DNA of 62,943 bases, counting the filler, from Collodictyon triciliatum (taxonomy: Eukaryota): assembly GCA_043381765.1 (NCBI GenBank). It is 4 parts of 4 records of this genome, joined end to end, with 100 filler letters (N's around TTAATTAATTAA, not from the genome) between each part and the next. Parts side by side here need not be neighbours in the genome. Positions count along the whole stretch, not along the records: positions 48,271 to 62,943 come from JBHJMP010001487.1; 3 more parts are not named here. One strand, 5' to 3'. The notes beneath the pieces were generated by a model, which saw only the letters and a list, made by a program, of their open reading frames with translations, did no database searches and was not told the origin of the DNA. A program made the translations under genes and the position numbers. Of the stretch, positions 59,355 through 62,943 are shown piece by piece (the first letter of the stretch is position 1; every line of letters begins with the position of its first letter).

Positions 59355-61744
59355 GATTTACACTGCTGAAAGCTCTACAACATCGTGGCATGATTTGTTT
59401 ATTCGGCCTGAAAACGAAGGAGACCACATGATTGATACATCGACGCACACAGACGAAACTATGTTAGTGAGCGAAAATAGAAATATACGCCCTTATTATT
59501 TGCGTCCTTTGTTATTTACGCAAAATGCTAGAGAAAAAGCGGAAAATAATCATGAAGATTATTTTTCGTATGAGTGCATTAGGGTCTGATTAAAGTGTTA
59601 AAATTTTGAGTGAATATGTTTTCAGAAAGTCGTCATCACCTAAGCTACCACGAGAAAGGGAAGTTGATCACAGAGAAAACGAACGGCGTGCCATTTTTTC
59701 ATTTATGGATGAATTTCATCAAACAGTGAGACCTACCTTTTTCTCTTTCCCTCATTATTTTCCCTATTGTTAACCATTTTGTTATTTTTTCTTTACAAAC
59801 ATCAAGAATGGGCTTACTCTTTATTCTTTTTTTCTCCTTGTAGCGAAAGGCTCTTATATTTCATTTATTAAACAATCTATAAGAAGGTTATATGCTTTTT
59901 TTTAGCAAAAAAGAAGAAGATTGGAGGCCTGTCTAAGACCAGAAAACGAAGATGAAGAGCACGAATTCAACGAGCATTATTTCAGTGCGCTGCGAGATCA
60001 CCTCGGTGAAAAAGCAGACCAAGTTATTCGAAACATTTTGAAGCTAAATGAACCTGACGTGGTAAATATTTATCACTGAACAAAAATAAATAAATAATTT
60101 TTTTTGGGAAGAAGTCATGGATGGATTGCTACATTTGTGGGTGCACATTTTTTTATTTGTTTCTATTCTTTTTTGTAATTGTCGGACCCGAAAGTCCTTA
60201 AAATAGGACTTGGTATTGTAAGATTTGTGGCGTACTATTTCCAAAGTATTTGTCGACTTTTTTCACCGCCTAGGAAATTCCATCTAATCACGCCAGTGGT
60301 CATCCAAAGAAAGTTTTCATATGGGATTTGGATGAAACTTTAATCGTTTTTCAATCACTGCTGCCAGAAAAAGGTTATCGACCTGGAGCAAATCAGGAAA
60401 ATCCTGCGCTCGAGCATCAAAAATTCACCTTGTATCAGATGGAGAATCTTGTCTATGATATTTGTGATGATTACTTTCATTATAGAAAAGTAGAAAATAT
60501 TCCCATCACCAAGATTACAAATAATCAAATGAAAGAGGGAAATACCTTAAAGTACATATTTTGTTACATTCCTCACATTTCGTTCTCTCCACTGAATTAT
60601 ATAGATCTCCTTGCTTGAGAAAAGTACCAGATAAACAAGAAGAAACAAAAGAAATCATTCATACTACTTTATATTAGAATTGATGAAATCCCAGCCCTGG
60701 ATCCAAGCGATTCGAAATGTGCCGAGCTACTATCTGTCATGTAACCTCATTAAAAATATCCTGTTCTTTTTCTTTTTGATGTTTTTTTAACTGTTTCTGT
60801 TCAAAATAACCACTACCGCTCCATCATAGATTAGAAGAGGTGGCACGTACTTTTCTGAGTGTAATGATTATTTATATAATTCATAATTTACTTATCTTTG
60901 CATGACACGCATTTATTAATTAAATTCATATCACATGTAAACGCGTGATGAATGAAGTATCGGTCAGCTATTCCTGAAAAACTCCTACGGGATGGTGAGA
61001 AGCTTCTTTCTGCTATTGACAAAATCACGGATGGGTGGATTCAAACTTCTGATCAAATACTCCGTCAACTAAAAGAGAGGTTTGTACAATATTAGAAAAT
61101 CATGCTCAGAAAAGCCCCTTTAAAATGTCATATCAACCATCTGTGTTCAAAAAAAAGTGCACTACATGCTATTCGTTTTATTTCAGGTATGACTGTCATT
61201 TTGTCATCGTTTCGAAGGCGCTTCTCATTCCCACACTATCCAAGCTGATCCTTTTTGGCTTGGCTGATTTCTTTGCTATTGATATGGTCTACTCATCTGC
61301 TTCATCAAGTATTGTTTTAATTGTTTTTTTATATTTACGTTTTATTATGTGTTGACTTTTTTTGCTTTCTGTTATCATCATTATCATTATCATTTTTTAT
61401 AATATTGTCATGTGTTTGCATTTTATGAATATCTTTACTTGCAAATTTATGGTTTAGGTAAAGAAGAGTGCTTTCGTGATGTCATGAGTCGTTTCGGAGA
61501 TAGCGAGTATTATGCCATAGGTGATGGGGCTGAAGAAAAAGAGGCTGCGACCCAGGTTTCTATTTAAAAATTTTCGATTTCTTACAGGATTGTAACTATG
61601 GCGATACTTTTTTTCAGCGCTGACTAGTGAATCATTGGGTAAAAGGTGAAAATTCCATTCATGCCAATCCACAAGGGCGACCATCTTCTCGCCATTTTTG
61701 AATGGTCCGCTCGCAATTACTCAGATCTACAAGAGAGCGGGTGA
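58085..61744 (+). CDS. Fusion protein: Ctk3-like (CID-fold + CTK3_C) N-half and Eyes-absent (EYA) HAD phosphatase C-half
   Basis: Phase-consistent exons 58085-58234, 58725-58889, 59039-~59130, ~59372-59462, 59626-59725, 59906-60061, 60274-..., 61646-61744. EYA motifs: KVFIWDLDETLIVFQSLL, MENLVYDICDDYF, ITDGWI, LIPTLSKLILFGLADFFAIDMVYSS, GKEECF...SRFG, YAIGDGAEEKEAA, IPFMPI. Confidence 0.85.
59220..59357. repeat. (ATT)n microsatellite, Ctk3-EYA intron
   Basis: Seen directly. Confidence 0.95.
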
Positions 61745-61759
61745 AGAAATCGACATAGC

Positions 61760-62450
61760 CAGAATAAAGTCATAATCTCGATGCACAGCTCTGTTGGAGA
61801 TATTGAGCTGAATGGTGCGATGTTTCGAAAGTAGCTGGAACATGCAGGGTTGCTTCCAGCTTTTGACTATCGACGGTTCTATAATGCCTATAGTTTCGGC
61901 CCATCGACTCATTTTCTCCCGGTTTTTAGGGATTCGGACTGATGATTTTATATCGAAACAGCTTGGAATATACCATGGCCATCGAGAATTGGTTTGCCAA
62001 GTGCAATTGCTTTCTATCAATTGCATGGTGTTCCGTCATCGCGTGCGGCACATCAGAATAAAAAAAAAAATATTGAAAGGCGATGCGTCAATTGCACCTT
62101 TTTAACCACCGAGACTACGGAATAAAAGCGAAAAAAAAACACGGTGTACATACCCGGTAATTGTAATGAGAAAACTCTCAAACTGATTTGATGGAGTCGA
62201 GCCAGACGAGTTTGCAAAGTAAAATTCGTTTGTCATCGCCACACACAACAGCCTGTGAACATAAAGCAAGAACCGCCGTGGGAAAAGGGTACACGGTTGA
62301 TTCTTTAGTTTTTTAAGCAATAGCCATGTATGTCCAAAAAACATATTCAACCATCTCTTATAAAACCTGTGTGTGTCTTGTGATGGACTGCTTCTGATGT
62401 TGGGTAAAACGAAGCCATGACATCCCTTTCCGGGATTTTAGACACATTTT
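61760..62450 (-). mobile_element. Second decayed copy of the L1/Tx1-like element, antisense, just 3' of the EYA gene
   Basis: Minus-strand NQFSMAMVYSKLFRYKIISPNP aligns with TQFSMVMAYSKFFRYKISPPTP at about 36280-36345. Downstream LNISNR matches LNITNR. Upstream PERGCHGFVLPNI resembles the post-RT GGLGLPNI motif. Confidence 0.65.
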
Positions 62451-62819
62451 CTCAGAACATCGGCAGTATCCTTTGGAAAACAAAGTCCAACTCACCCCGC
62501 CCATTTATTCATTAATTCGTTTAATTTTTGTTTTGTTTGTTTTGTTTGTTTTGTTTGTTTTGGCATTCCAGCGAGTCGCTGAACACGGCAAAGAACAGAA
62601 AGAGTCACAGAGACGTGACAGACACAGGAGGCAACGCTACAAGAGCTGTTGGCCCGTCTGAAGCTCTCTGCTCACTTTACTTTCAGTCCAACGAAGTAGA
62701 TCGAGTCTCCTCTTCCTGGCTGTTGCGTCGGAAGCGGCGGTGATATCCCCGATTGAAAAGGACCAAAGTTTCCGGAAGATGATCGTCCAGAATTCCCGCT
62801 CATTGTTTTTTTTTTATTT

Positions 62820-62943
62820 TCTGTTTTTGTTTTATGTTTTATGTTTTATGTTTTATGTTTTATGTTTTATGTTTTATGTTTTATGTTTTATGTTTTATGT
62901 TTTATGTTTTATGTTTTATGTTTTATGTTTTATGTTTTATGTT
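62820..62943. repeat. (TTTTATG)n tandem repeat at the window end
   Basis: Seen directly. Confidence 0.95.

Noticed and set aside
62466-62474. GTATCCTTT as another U12 donor
   Set aside because: There is no supportable plus-strand exon, branch box or acceptor, and it lies next to the retroelement relic.
62640-62803. Possible minus-strand exon or gene start (ATG at 62803 after an A-rich tract)
   Set aside because: It is short, two frames are equally plausible, I found no downstream exons or homology, and it sits at the window edge.
62820-62943. (TTTTATG)n as a telomere repeat
   Set aside because: It lacks G-runs and resembles the many other microsatellites at contig breaks here.

Overview
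Eukaryotic genomic DNA, probably from a flagellated protist: intron-rich, microsatellite-rich and read with the standard code. The window is not one contiguous locus. Three identical 100-nt artificial linkers (44 N + TTAATTAATTAA + 44 N) join four separate sequences, and there are two further N gaps. Manual splicing gives these genes: quinolinate phosphoribosyltransferase (5' part), an intronless LRR-ROC-COR (Roco) protein, a dual-specificity pseudophosphatase, mevalonate kinase, a Rab1-like GTPase, the 3' end of a bacterial-type YeiH/UPF0324 transporter, an NHE8-like Na+/H+ exchanger, an EF-hand/TKL kinase, tRNA dimethylallyltransferase, a MAK/ICK kinase, a LacZ-type GH2 beta-galactosidase, a doublecortin-domain fragment, a tandem double calpain, an intronless multi-TM protein and two hypothetical genes. 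There are also decayed L1/Tx1-like retroelement pieces. The most notable item is an in-frame spliced fusion of a Ctk3-like module (RNA Pol II CTD-kinase gamma subunit: CID fold plus CTK3_C) to an Eyes-absent HAD phosphatase. Also notable are a textbook AT-AC U12 minor intron in the Rab gene and a U12-type donor in the bacterial-type transporter gene. All family calls come from motif recognition by eye, with no database search, and exon boundaries are inferred.
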